NCBI GenBank assembly: GCA_964187785.1
Contig: OZ076409.1
Span: 29,390,001 to 29,454,000, forward strand
DNA length: 64,000 nucleotides
Source of the DNA: Amphiscolops sp. MND2022
Taxonomy: Eukaryota
Direction: 5' to 3'
Numbering within the stretch: position 1 is the first letter of the stretch; the number at the start of each line of letters is the position of its first letter. Below are positions 1 through 12,959 of the stretch, piece after piece. The notes under the pieces are model-generated. The model was not told where the DNA came from, searched no databases, and saw nothing but the letters and a program-made list of their open reading frames with translations. A program made the position numbers and the translations under genes.

Positions 1-3000
1 CACGTCTTGATCCAAAACTACTGTACTGGACAAAGTTTCATCGCTCGTCTGGGTGTGTGCCTGATATCACACGGGCTTAGCCGGGGCTCGCACCACTATT
101 TTCATGGCGGTCAGATCTACGAGCACGTTATATGCTCTTAGGAAATTCCGACTCAGCAAGAAATCCTCCAACCCATGTGCATCATCGACTACCACGAAAT
201 TGGTTTCGAGTTCATATCCACCAAGTTGGAAGCGCACACGCTCCGCTATTCCAAACGTTTTTATTTTCTTCCCGTTAGCAGCATACAAATTGATTCGGTG
301 AGGTCGTAGCGCTCAACCTGTCTGCAAGGCCACACGGTTAAAGGCTGAGAAACTCATGATTGATACGCCTGACCCCGTGTCGACCATTCCTCTCAGTGGA
401 ATAGGGTTAGCATTTGGCACTGCGAAAGATACCACGAGTGACGCACGCTCATCAATGCGGGCCTCACCTGTGGGGTCCTGCTTGCTCATTGCTGTAGCAG
501 CGTAATTCATGTGGCCCTAGACACACTCCTTGAGGGAACACATCTACTACCACGCTAGCATCAAATTTCATGTCCACGCCATCTATGTTGGCATGCACAG
601 GAACTGGGTTGTACGCCGTGCACGTACTAGCTTCGCCTTCAGTATACCACTCTTTTGGCAGTGGTAAGGAGATCCTTTTGACAGCCGTATTGCTAGCTAA
701 CTCCAGCTTCAATTGTTCCAAAGTCAAATCCGGGCGTATTTGTTGCTCCGAGGCTAGCATTAGATGTACAGACAGTATAGTTCGGCCACTAGGGTCGAAT
801 GTTGTGGACTCAAAGCTTGTCTGCACCTGATATGTGCCACAGGTAACTGTCAGTGGAGCATTTACAATGGGTTGATCAGCTGGACGTAACAACAACACCT
901 TGTCATAGGCAGTTGGTGCAGTTTGCGCTGCATCAGCTTTCATCTCTACTTCAGCCCTCGAGCTGAAAAAATCCGATTGAATAGACGATGTTGGACAATC
1001 TGCAGATACATCACTTGTGCACGATTTCACAGGGGCAGCAAGCGCTGAACTCGCAGCAGCAGCAGCAGCAGCAGCAACTTGTTGAGGTTTACTATCTGGG
1101 TCCTGAATCTGACGTCTTTCCGCAGAATGCACTACTAGCTTGTGTCTAAAGCAAGCACTATTCACACAGTTTGAGCGCTGAGATGCGGTTGCGTCCTGTC
1201 TACAAACGGGAGTTGTGTGCACCGAGGCGGCCGGCACTTGTTCACCCTGCAGGGACTGATAAGTTCCAGACTCAGTACGTCCTGTGTGTTGGTGACGTCG
1301 CCTTTGAAGTTCTCGAATGGAACCGTAACGATTCTACGGTAGGTGGGTCTGTTAGAAATGCCTCAGTGGCATAAACCACCGTCAGTTCTCGTTGCAACAC
1401 GGGATCACTGACCATGTCCATGAAACGATGCAAGATTTCATAGCGTCGGGTAGTGAGAGGCTCATCAGGAAAGCCCTGACTCCTGAGACATTCCAATGCA
1501 TCTAAATATTGCATCGGGTCCTCCTTTTCAAATTGATTTCGCAACCTGAAGGCCTGCTTCACCGGCCAGCGGCTACTCCCCGTCCTAAATCTACTGGAGA
1601 GCAAGGTACTCACTGATCGATTATAGCCCAAGCTTTGTCAACAGGTAAAGAATTCAAAGAAACTCGTTCCAGATACCGTTTCATACCAAGCAGCCACTCA
1701 TCAATAGTTCCGTCCTTCGAACCCCGGTATGCGGTTGGTCACTGCTGTTTGATCACGATTGGCAGTTAAGGGGGCCAACTCTTTATACATGGCTTTGGAT
1801 ATCGCCTCCGTGAATTTCAACTGTTCGGGTGATATGAATTCACTTTCTGTATCACTGGTACATGAGATTCGCTCGAGCAACCTGTCGTCAGCGATGTGAC
1901 CCACCGGCGACGCATTAGCAATGCCGATGATTGTGTTGTTCAAGGATATTGCGTCTGCAACATCACCTATTGTAGGCGCTGTCATCGGTTCAACCTTGGT
2001 GTCGTTTGGCATTTTAGTTGTGACACTTTTAAGGGACACGGGTTCCTGCTGGTGCGATGGAGTATTGGCACACAGTGCCTCTATCTGCGTTAGAGCTTTT
2101 ATCATTTCAGCAATCTGCTGGGTCAACTCACGGACTTTTACTTCAGGTTTCTCCGCTTTCTCAGTTTTCTCCAATATTTCTCTGAGGATATATGATCTTT
2201 TCGACGATGTTGAACTGGAGGTGGATATTATCGTCTCCCTCTCCGTTTCGGTAGCCTGCGAGCTACCTATCGTTACGTCTGAAAAATCAGAGTCAACTCT
2301 GAAACTGTCTCGAGAAGGCCAGTCTTCCTCGTCCAAATCATCGAAATTCGTTGATTGATCTGACTTTTGGGGTTCATTTTTGACCTTCAAGGGCGGTTCA
2401 TCAATCGGTTGTGCTGCGCTGGTGCCCTCCCCCCTTCAAAAAGAAGCGGAGGTGCTCGAATTTCTTCGAACGTTTCATTTCAGTTTCAGATAGTTTACAA
2501 CGGCTTTGAAAGAACTTCTCGTGTACCCAAATGTAGTCTCCGGGTTGAAGTCAAGAAGTCAAGATAAATTCTAACGGTCCCAGCGCGCTGTAAACTCCTC
2601 CCCACGTTTCACACTACTCGATGGGCTAAGAGAATTGCTCTCGGGCAATTTGTTGCAGTGATGTTTGATAATGCGCACCAAACACACTGTTAAGCCGTCT
2701 ATTGATCTCTCAGCCTCACTGAATTTGGGTATGTTGTGACTACCCAAAATTGTTGTCGGCAAAGTACACGTGTTAATCGGTGTTCACGCTACTTGACACA
2801 GCTGAATAACACCAGTTTTGGACAAAAACGTTGTCAAAAAGATTGTACACACGGGCAAATTGGTCAAACTTTTTGTCACAAAAAGTTTACACCTCTCAAA
2901 ATCTCGTGATTTTGGTTAAGTCGGATTTCTCAGGGTAATTTCTGGATATTCAAAACCCTGCTCAGGCTCACAGCGTAACTCCTAGAGACGTTTCGTTGAA

Positions 3001-5873
3001 AAAATTCAGTCGGAAGTGCGTCGCAGACACTTAAAACCTCCGATTGGGAGTTTATCGGGAACAAATTTTAAAGTTTCAGTGGAGCCAAAATTTATGACCC
3101 CTGCCGGTAAATTTTATTGAGCGTAGGATTTGCCTCGTTTGCACCCAGGAATGCCTGCCAGATCCGTGTGGTTGGAAAATGAAGGCTTCTGGTCTCTGCC
3201 TTCCGGACAGCGGGAGCACTAAAGTTTTATGTTTTCGTTTTGCTGACAGTTTTTCGGGATTTTGGCCAAAACCTGCCTCTGAGCGCCTCTGAGCACAATC
3301 AAACTCAGTTCTATCAGGCGTGTTGGGTAGAAAAATACACAGCACGTTTGCTCAGTCACGCAAGTTGGAAAAATGACCTCCCGAAGCTGATAACTACGTT
3401 CAGCTACAAGCTAGAGCCTTTTCCACCAATTTTTGAAGTTTTAAAAATTTTTCGAAAAACACTCAAGTGGCTCTTACAAACACTGGAAACGTAAGATCAG
3501 GCTCAAAATCAGCCACGCGATTGCACGTATAGCCAGATACACTGTGACAGGCACCAATTGGGGCTCAGACCAATGAATGGGTTGCAGATGCTGTACAGCC
3601 TTTCCGTATCACCGTGTCTTGGGGGGACACGATTTCTCACGTGCAACCAAAGACTCTTGTCCGCAGCGTTGAGCTCGTGAGCTCACTTTTTCACCAACGG
3701 TGCACCAAATGACACTGAAAACAATGGTCCAGATCAATGTGGTCCCAACTTTCCGATGAGGAGCGCCGATAACTCCCAAAAATAGTCCAAATCGTTACAA
3801 TATACGGGATGTCACAACTGTAAGTAACAAAATGCTGTGTTCCAGTAAGTCGGTTCACTCGACACTGACCGAAATTCACACGGCCAGCAAAGTATTTGCG
3901 AATAGCAATTCACACTAGTGGGTTTCCACAGGTTTCCAGCACGTAGAACTGGGTTTTGTCCAACTTTCCAAGTTTTCGTCTTGGTGAAACCTTAAGCCAG
4001 AATAACGAGATGCACGTCTCAAGTTAGTGGAAATTACTCCTATGGATCGGAGCGAGTTCAAACTCACTCAGGCAGTTGGTACCAACCCACAAGCTCAGAA
4101 AATGGGCTTAGATTGAAGCTACACTTTCGCGGAGACAAGCACGAGACGTTTACAACAAATTTTGAACTTTCTCGGAAGGTACAAAAAAAACACAAGTGGC
4201 ACGTATTCGTCACTCAAGGGTCGGATCAGGCTCAAAACTAACCAGAGGAACCTGCACCCACGTAGGTTCACGGAATTGAGCACCGATTTGGGCTCCGAGG
4301 CTTGTACAGTGTTTCGCCTTGGTACAGACATGCGGTACTCCTATGTATCAGTAGAAGTCAAGATGCACACTTATTATACAATTTCTAAACACAGGTATGA
4401 GTTAGCGGCTTGGTTTTCTGGCTAACAATGCATCAACTAGCACAAATTACGTTAGTGGGCTGCAATTTGTCCCCACTTCCCGGGTAAGGTGTTAAAGCAC
4501 TTCCAAAAAATTTCGAAAAGTTTGCCTATTTGCACCTCTTTTTGTGCAGTACGTTTTTGCCAATTTCCCAACAAATATTGCATCTCTTGAAACTTGGCAG
4601 GCGCTGTCAGTGGGCACCCGCAATGCTGGTTCAATGGTCTGATTGGATTGAAGCCCGCGAGCTTTCCTGGAATTCCGACTGAGTACAGACACTATCTCAG
4701 CAAAAACGGTCTTTTTTGACACTTTTTTCACAAATTGGCTAAGAGGGTCAACACTACCACTGTTACGGCAGGCAAAATAGGGTCAACGTGTTGCCCCACT
4801 GGTCACAGCACTGCCACAAGCCCTCAATTAGCCGTGCCTGTTAGGTATGAGGCGCTCTCCGTTAACCAAATGAACAGCTACTCTTTAGTCATTGACATAT
4901 CTTCTGATGAAGAAAACGCAAAAACGAGCACACCACCGAAATCACTGCCCCTTAATATGGTTGACTCACTAAGTGATTCCTCAATCGAAGTATATCGCGG
5001 GAGTGATGCGGAGTTAGATTCTACCTTTGAATCGCCCCAAAAGTCGGGATTAACTCCCAAGAAAAAGAAGAAACTGGGAAAAGTTACCTTCAACTTGCCC
5101 CCATAGGAAACACCGTCTCAGACTCGGATGAAAATTATGAAGAGCCACCCACTCCGCAGAAACAACCCCCTTTAAAACCTTCGCGGAAAACAAACGTGCC
5201 CCAAGAGCGAATGAATGACCTAAATGAGCCCTCCTCTACCGGACCCACGAAAAAGTCGGCACGAGATTATCACGAAGAATCGTGTTCTTTGGAAGAGAGA
5301 GAATATTTCACTACATTAGTCCTCGAGCTTGAACAAGAGGAGAAGAAAATAACGTACATGACAGCGGGAAGAGGACGTGGTCCCCACCAGGTGCGAAACT
5401 ATATTAGCCGCCCCCCAGTGGTTAAAAAGAAGGAGATTCCGCACTGCCGCGCCCTAACACTATCTCTAGCTTCGAGAGGGCCCCTGTCACGACCCGCTCC
5501 CGGTCGTAATTTTACTTGTTGCTCCGGCATACCGGGATTCGGCAGAGGACCCGGACAAGGACAAAATAAATACTTTTAAACTACTAAAACTAATTTAACT
5601 CTACTTACAGTACAGCTAAAACTATTTGCACATAATTTTCCAGCTATGAAATCCAACGTAAGCGCTGAATATTTTCAAAAATGATTTTAAAATAGCTAAA
5701 ACTTCCGATCTAATGTTTTCACGCGCAACGCTATTTTGTTTCCAGTTTTGTCTTCTGAACTTTTCATACTAATCTAAATATCAGAACAAAACATTTTGAA
5801 AAACAAAACACACTAAAATGAAAACATTAAAAATAGAGTTTAACTCCGGGATCCCAACGGAGTTCATACAATC
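1..5873 (-). mobile_element. Ty3/Gypsy LTR retrotransposon A, decayed 5' half (long leader, gag, protease); continues off the left edge
   Basis: Minus-strand frameshifted ORFs: gag-like 1272-2390, retropepsin motif MVDTGSGVSIM (313-510) and protease C-terminus NFVVVDD..FLLSRNFL (67-288). Confidence 0.8.
1053..1076. repeat. (GCA)8 microsatellite, read as poly-Ala in the gag-pro region of element A
   Basis: Direct reading of the sequence; AAAAAAAA in ORF 464..1237(-). Confidence 0.9.
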
Positions 5874-6260
5874 TGAAATGAAAGAACATACAAAAGAATA
5901 GTGGAATTGTGCTCTAGTAATAAAGTAGTTGCCAAATATCCACTTAACACCACAGTCAAGTAGTTTTAAGCAAATGTGTACAACGTTATGACAGAGTCAC
6001 TCAACTAAACTAGAAACAAGTATTTGTATTTTTACGGACCAACAGCGTTGCCCCTCAACGGAATTATTTGAGCTAAAGTCGGTAAAGCTATGCTTGGTTG
6101 CCCCTAGCAACGCCAATTTCTTGAGAGAATGAGAATGAAGTCGCCTACGCGCTCCGCTTTCTCACCGATGGCCTCCGCAGCTCAGCTATAGCTAATCTTA
6201 ATACGTACGGAGCGACTACGGAGCAGATTGTAAAATTGTAAGATACGAAGTTTTGACACA
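5874..6260 (-). mobile_element. Putative 5' LTR of element A
   Basis: On the minus strand it starts TGTG (6260) and ends TTTCA (5874), upstream of the gag region. No second copy in the window to confirm the ends. Confidence 0.45.
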
Positions 6261-7195
6261 AAAGGAATTATGACAAAATCTACCTTTCTGAATTGACGCA
6301 TTTAAAAGATTTTTAGGATAGGATTTCACATGAAGAAAAGCTGTACTGTAAGAAAACTGAAGTACTAATCTGATGATACCAAATGTAAAATGCGATTGAC
6401 TTACGTTGCAATATACTTATCAACAAAAGAATTTCAATCGAATAGTTTTCTTTTATGTATTGCAATGATGAAATTGGAAAATGCAACGTAAGATTAACGT
6501 TTTTTCCAGATGCCTCTTCAGAATTCCATGTGTTGCTATTCATTTCAAATTATTGCACATTTGATATCAATTCATTGTCTATTTTGATGAAGTGAAAGCT
6601 TTAAAATGATGCCTCTAATTGCTGTAAAAATGCCGTTTTATACAAGCGGATTAATCCCGTTATAAGTGTTGATGTTTTGTGTTTATTCCATACCAGTACT
6701 AAAGGTATGCAGAATGTCTGTTTAAGTTGTCAGTTACAATAGGCCGTTCCAGCATCGTTTGTTCTTTTCCAGTAATTAAGTATTCTCCATTTTTAATGTT
6801 CATTACTTCGTTTCATTTCCGTCAATATTTTCAGTGTCACTCTTTTGCTTCGAATCTCAGTTTTCCCAAGTTGGAAATTGACTAATTGATCACGCCGAAG
6901 TGCCTACGCTGATGAAAATGTTAGCTAGAATTTTATTTTACCGCAATTTTGAAGCTTAGACAGGAAATGAATTGTCTGAACAAAAATGATTTCAACAAAG
7001 TTTTACGGAACAATGACGCAACTAGGAATTTAGATACCTGATTTTATGACGCCGAGTTGAAATAATTTTAGTCATTAACGGTTTTTGATGAACAAACCCA
7101 ATTTTTGTGATACCTAGGAATTTTTAGGTGAGGAACAAATGATGCTGGAAGGGTATAAATATGTAGAGTTTACATGTAAAATCAGTAAGTCTTTG

Positions 7196-7658
7196 TGATA
7201 TCTTGCTGTCCAAACTGTTCTTTTAAAACGAAAAATCAATATTCTTCGAAAAATAAATTTTACAGAAGACCCTGAAATTTCAATCCAAAATGACAACTAG
7301 AAGTCAGAAGAGGAAAGCTGTAGCCGAGTTAGTTTCTGGAGATTTTGAAGTTTCTGTAGCCGAGAACTCTCCATCTGAAAATCTCATAGCTGGTCCTAGC
7401 AAAGTTCCTAGAGTGGAGCCTGAGAGTCTAGATGAGATAAAAACATCTCTAAGGAAAAAAATTATGTCTGATTTAACTAAAATACTTGCGGAAAACCAAA
7501 AGGAAATGCTTAAACTAATAGCAACTTTGAATAGAAAGCAAACTGTCCGTACAGATGTTCAAGATTCCGATTCTGAACCAGAGAACGTCTCTGTAACGAG
7601 AACCTCCACGTCAACACTGCGACTAGCTCTAAAACAACACCGGTAAATAGTCGTAACG
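7196..7658 (+). mobile_element. LTR remnant or solo LTR carrying a gag-like N-terminal ORF (MTTRSQKRK...)
   Basis: ORF 7290-7646 is homologous to the 29855-30254 remnant; both stop at AGTCGTAAY. Possible CTTTG TSD (7191-7195 / 7659-7663); left boundary uncertain. Confidence 0.55.
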
Positions 7659-7899
7659 CTTTGTCTGGCAGGTACTTGAGAAATAATTTTGTCGATTAGT
7701 TTTGTGTTGACAGTTATTACGTAACTTACGTCTCTGCCTCATTACCCTTTTTGTTACAAAAACTACAGGGATACAACTAGACTACATACTGAATAATAAA
7801 ATTAGTACAATTTTAAAATGGACAAATGATTTTTTTGAATGAAGTTTTAAAATTGACAATGTCAAAGCGTGATTACAACATAATAAAACTTCAAGATGC

Positions 7900-8391
7900 C
7901 GAATTCAAAAGTTGAAAAGATTGATGATTGATTTCCATTTCATGTAGACTTTCCTTCTGCTTCCTTCATCACAATGTTATCCATAACCTTTTGACTCAAA
8001 CTTTTTCATTATACACCCTGATCTTGTCCTTTGTCTTTATACTGGTGATGGAACTTCGCTTCCACTTTTTTATTTCTCTCTTTTGTTTCCTTCTTCATTC
8101 TTGCAATTTTGGCTCATTCGTCATTTCTGTCGTTTTTGGCCTTGTCCGAATTTTACCAACTCTATCAGTTCTTGCTTTTTCAATGAACCTGAGTGCTCTG
8201 GTTTCAGTGTATCTTGCATTCCTTCATGTCCGGATTAGCTCGATTGGGCAAAGTTGTAATAGTGTCGATTGATTACAGCTTCGAGCCTCTGGCTCTCGTT
8301 CTCCGACTTTACTTCTTGAAAAAAATCTTCTATATGCAAAGTCGGTCGTTCTCTAAAACAAGTCCATGGATCATTGCAAGTTTAGGGTATT
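7900..8391 (-). mobile_element. 3' part of old host Gypsy element B, split by the 18-kb provirus
   Basis: Degenerate K/R/E-rich minus-strand coding relic directly beside the GTATT TSD, collinear with 26434-29263. Confidence 0.5.
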
Positions 8392-11300
8392 TGTAGGATT
8401 TTTGACCATTTTTACATATACATATGAAGTTTATTTAAATCATTACTCAGCAAGGTTTATCAAAACGAACCAGGGGCGATATCCACTAATCACATGAAAG
8501 AGTCACATAGATAAAAAATCAAGTAAATGACGACAATAATTCACCCAATAAATCCAGTGCTTGCGCAGTTGTTCTTTTGATGCTTGAGGGCCCACCGCTG
8601 AGCAAATTTCCAATTTCGTAATGCCCCTCTGCCTTGTATTCGTAGATTTTCCTTCAGGTGCCACGTCGTACTCTCACATTGTATTCGTCCAACGTCCTCG
8701 TAATGATAGTTGAATCCGCGATGGTAGAAGCGTCCCACCCCGACAAATTAGTTGGCTTACCTGTATCTAGAATGAGGACGGCATGAGGCCGCAATCTAGG
8801 AACATAAGTTAAATCCCCCTGGCCGCTCAATGGTAAATCTTAAACAAACTCGCCTCCCGTTCACGTGGTCCCTTTTGAAAGAAATCAATAAAACTATTAG
8901 CATTATTACAGCAACGTTCTAATAAGCGGGAAGAACTATTAGTAGTAGTTGCACCCCATATCTTAACTCCCGTATGCAAAAGGGCATAAGAAACGCCTCC
9001 ACAAACTTAAATATGCGCATACGAAAACCAAGTGCCCTGTACTAATAAACCTATACAACTAGTTACAATTTGATCAATAAAGGAAAAAGAAGTAAGTCAA
9101 TTAGCAAAATCCATATCTCCCTGCATAGAATTAACAAAGTCACGAGTTACAAAATAATTTGGGCCTTTCGTAATATTCATTGAAGATGATCAATATCATT
9201 CTCAGAATCAAACCAAGTCAAATCGGATCTATCAGATCGTTGCTTTAAAACGCCTCTAGGCTGAGCATTCACGCCGGCAACAATGCAAGGCTGCGGGGGA
9301 GAGATTGAATTAAAATTAACAGGGGAAATAGTAGAGAAATGCAGCCGAAGTTCATGAATTATAGTCAAGCCAGAAACAGTATTATTAATACTAAAACCAT
9401 TGTAAATCTCGTTCGTACGTTCAACCACACCCTGACTGTGTGTTGAGTAATTAGTAGAGTACTTTAAAGAACGAGAAAATGAAGAAGCAGCCATTTTTCA
9501 CAGTGTATAGAGATTCAGTCAAATCGCTATATTAATACGTGTATTTGGAGGCATGTGAGAGTGAAACTTCACAGTGCGCGGTATAAACAATGAATGCAAC
9601 TCACCAAAGCGTGTCAGAAAGCGGAAGAATGGAATTGAGATCGCGCTGTGGATGGCTGTACGCATAGTTAATAAGAAAACGGCCGCCGCACACTTTGGAA
9701 TTATCCCCTCTGTTTATGCAAATTAAAAATTAAAACCCGATTTCTCAAAGATTAAAAAAGATAGCAACAAAACGTTTGCAGCATTCGATAGCCCGTCTAA
9801 AGGAGCGCTTGAGTTGCGAATATGAGCACCGTGCAACAACGGGAACCTATTGGGTAGAAGCATTGAATATAAGCTCTTGTAAAATTTTGACAATTTTCCA
9901 AAAACGAGTTTCCTTTAAAACATTCGTGTGATCACTACAGTTGTCAAAAATTTTTCGCATATGACGTAAACTAAAGTTGAACAAATGTCCTAACTTGTGG
10001 TGAATGGAAAAGAAATAATATTACGCAGTTTTTGAGATTTGACCCAGCAAACGTTAAAAATGGCCCTAAAATGGCCCTAAAATGGCCAAAATAGCCGTGT
10101 TTCGCGTGTTATCGCTTAGTACTCAACGTATAAGCGTACAATAGCCGCGTCAGTTGCAGCGTAGTTCTGAATTGAAGTGAATGAGTGAACGAAACAATAA
10201 ATAGAGTGCTGCGGCGCGCTAGCGAGAATTCCAAGAATTTGAAGTTGAGAATTTTCGTTGTCAGTAGTGAAATCGACTTACCAAAATGCTAATCGTTTTC
10301 GCACGTTTTGGACAATTTCGAGCTGAACCTTTCCGGTACACGCACACGAGTCTGGCGCACGTCGTTTAGCAGGAGCGTTTTTCCGAAAAAGGACCTGGTG
10401 TCAAGATATTGACCTCTAAATTTGGAGGTTATGTCACCAAAACTTAAAAAAACCTCTTTCAGAAAAAGTGTCACCAAATGTTGTTGAAACAAGCAAGAGA
10501 CGTTATCTAAATTGCAAAATACTCCTAATAGCTTGAGCTAGCGATGTGAATAGGCCCCCAGCCTTTATAGTCCGAATTGCCAGAGTAGCAGCCCTCCAAA
10601 GTTGAGAATCCGTGCAAAAGTTGGTTTGTGATTTTCGACTACGAACTTTAAAGGGCGTTTTCCACTGTAAAGGAGTTGAAACAGAAAGATAGCCAAGAGT
10701 AAATATTTGTAGCTCTTTCACCGGACTTTCACAACATGTTCTTGATTTCAGCCTTCAAAGATATGAACATTTAGTTTTTGCCCTTCAAAAGTGAAACACG
10801 AGAATCGACTCAATAGAGTTTGAATTAAAATTGCCTTTTAGGTCATTGTATTGTGTTTTGTTTTCACTCCAAGACCAATAGAGAATTTGCGGCGAGTTGA
10901 TTCTTTCGATATCTTCGATATCAACTCCATCCTCATGGAAACACAACTAAATTTTGCTAAAACCCTTGCTTATTGTTTTGTTGTGTTATATGCCTCCTAA
11001 TATTCTCCGCTATTATCGATGATAAAATATTATTCACTCTATTATTCGGTGTTGTGAAACTGTTTTTGTGTCTTTCAATCGACTTTTTTATTTTTTGCGT
11101 ATGAATTAAAGTTCAACCTGCTTCTTTTCATCAGCGATTAGACACCCTAAAACAGCTCAAGAGTAACGAGACAAACCCCCTGAAAGACGGTAAAATAGCA
11201 AAGATGTAAAGATCGTGATTTCCTTGTCACACTTACCCCCAACCTCCTTCGGTTAAGTTGATTTGTCTCTTCTTCGGAGTTAATAAAAATTTATGAAGAT

Positions 11301-11407
11301 ACTCAGACAGTCCTAGTCTCGTGTATGGTACCTACGGGTTCAAATGAGTTGTAGTGGAGCTATTCTCACAAATAGTTAAAGCTACTGGAATAACGAAAAA
11401 TCCTACA
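8392..11407 (+). repeat. 5' LTR (3016 bp)
   Basis: TGTAGGATTTTT...AAAAATCCTACA; collinear with 21186-23092, 24779-25308 and 25859-26433. Confidence 0.95.
8519..9494 (-). pseudogene. Decayed antisense ORF (~320 codons) inside the 5' LTR, unknown product
   Basis: ATG 9494 (MAASSFSRSLKY...). With about two frameshifts and a few stops it continues ..ITKGPNYFVTRDF..LRPHAVLILDTGKP..LGELLSSFT* (8519). Homologous copy in the 3' LTR. Confidence 0.55.
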
Positions 11408-11408
11408 T

Positions 11409-11426
11409 TGGCGCTCCTGGGTGGGC
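11409..11426 (+). promoter_or_regulatory. Primer-binding site, tRNA-Asn-like
   Basis: TGGCGCTCCTGGGTGGGC, 1 nt after the LTR end; 16/18 match to the complement of the vertebrate tRNA-Asn 3' end as recalled (TGGCGTCCCTGGGTGGGC). Confidence 0.8.
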
Positions 11427-11519
11427 TTCCTTTGTGTCTTTGTTATTACCTGTTTCCTTGCTTCACTTCTTTCCTTTCCCTTCCCTTCACCCCTTTGAGT
11501 TGCTGAAGTTTTTCTCACT

Positions 11520-12950
11520 ATGCCAGGAGACGAGAAAAACGAGCAGCAGATTTCTCCCGTCACCGAAGAAGATTCCAACGGCACCCACACCCTTAGTACG
11601 GTAAACCACTCCTTAGTGAGTCCACTAAACGTTCCTTCGTAGGATTGGCCGACGCGGCGAATGAGCGTAAACAAGATGCCTATAGGCAGTTGAAAGAAAT
11701 GGAAAAAGACGTGAAAAGATTTAAAATCGAAGAAGAATTAGTTTCGGACGACTCTTTGATCCTTGAACATGAAACTAGAAAACGACAAAAACCCTTGATT
11801 GAAAGAACGCCCATACAACCAGAAAAATTCCATAGTAAATATTACAACCGCTGGAGAAATTGGGTAAGACACTTCAAAGCAGTTGCTAAAGCCAATGGGT
11901 GGACCGGTAGTAAAAAAAGTGCAGCAAAGCCTACTTGTGTAATATCTTGGGCTCTTGAAGAATTTGACACTGTCCCCCGAAGGTATGTTGACAAAGAACC
12001 GGGTTGTCATCCCCCACCGTTGATGAACTCCGTGAAGTTCGAAAACCCAAAATGCAGCAATATCGCAGCCAGCGAGCCACGCGGTCAGGATTTACAGCAG
12101 ATAACAATGAGAAAACGAAGATTTAAGGGACTATTCAAGAAGGGTACGCCAGCTCGCCGACATAGTTTTCCTCGAAAAACCCCTCCGCGAGCGTGACCGT
12201 GATTTCGGGGAAACTTTGCAAAGAGCACAGGAACTCAAAGCAATCCACAAGACGCAAGAATCAAAACGCGAGCGAAAACCCGATAAACTGCGCTACTCAC
12301 AAGACGAATTGTAGGATCCCGATATAATGAAAGCGGACTACTTTGAATAACAATCAAATTGAAGAAAAATTCGCAGCTCTACAAACTTCGTTACCTACTG
12401 TAGCAAGTCGTTTTGACCGTTTCAAAAACTCCATTTGCCAACAAATCAGAGCAAATGTCCAAGCAAACTGAACAAAGCTTGAAACAAGCAGAAGCGTTAG
12501 AAAGTTCACAACAGCTTTTCGGCGGGCTGCCCCCGAGTTGGCAGCGTGCCCGTTTTTAAGCCCCTTTCACTCCTAATGTTCATGCGCCTCTGAACAGGGT
12601 GGGATCGTTAGGTCAGTTAAATATCTCCCACGCCCTCCCGAAAAAGCAGAGTGCTACAATTGTAAGACGACAGGTCACTACGCTAAACAATGCCCGAATC
12701 CTCCGCGGCCTATTTTTTTAAACTACCGGCAGCCGTATATGCAGTAGCAGGCTCTACTCGCGCTTGCGATTCGATCGTTTCCCCAGCTGCAAGTCAGCGT
12801 GTTCGTTCTAGGTCTAGGAATAACGATAGCCGTTTGGGACATCGAAATTGCAGAAGGCGGATCGACTTCGAAAGTTGGAAACAAATGTGTGATGAGTTTA
12901 GTCCTGGACATATTGCAAACAAAAATTGCCCATAGCAAATACATCACGGG
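11520..12950 (+). pseudogene. gag: gag (disrupted), with CCHC zinc knuckle
   Basis: ATG 11520; capsid-like WRNWVRHFKAVAKANGW; CYNCKTTGHYAKQC at ~12652-12693. Confidence 0.85.
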
Positions 12951-12959
12951 GGCAACGCT

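Noticed and set aside
1921..2358. Hydrophobic plus-strand ORFs (also 7928-8272, 43641-43982)
   Set aside because: Antisense shadows of K/E-rich retroelement ORFs.
6300..7100. Possible missing SLC13 3' exons
   Set aside because: No similarity to gene B's last three exons in the frames examined.
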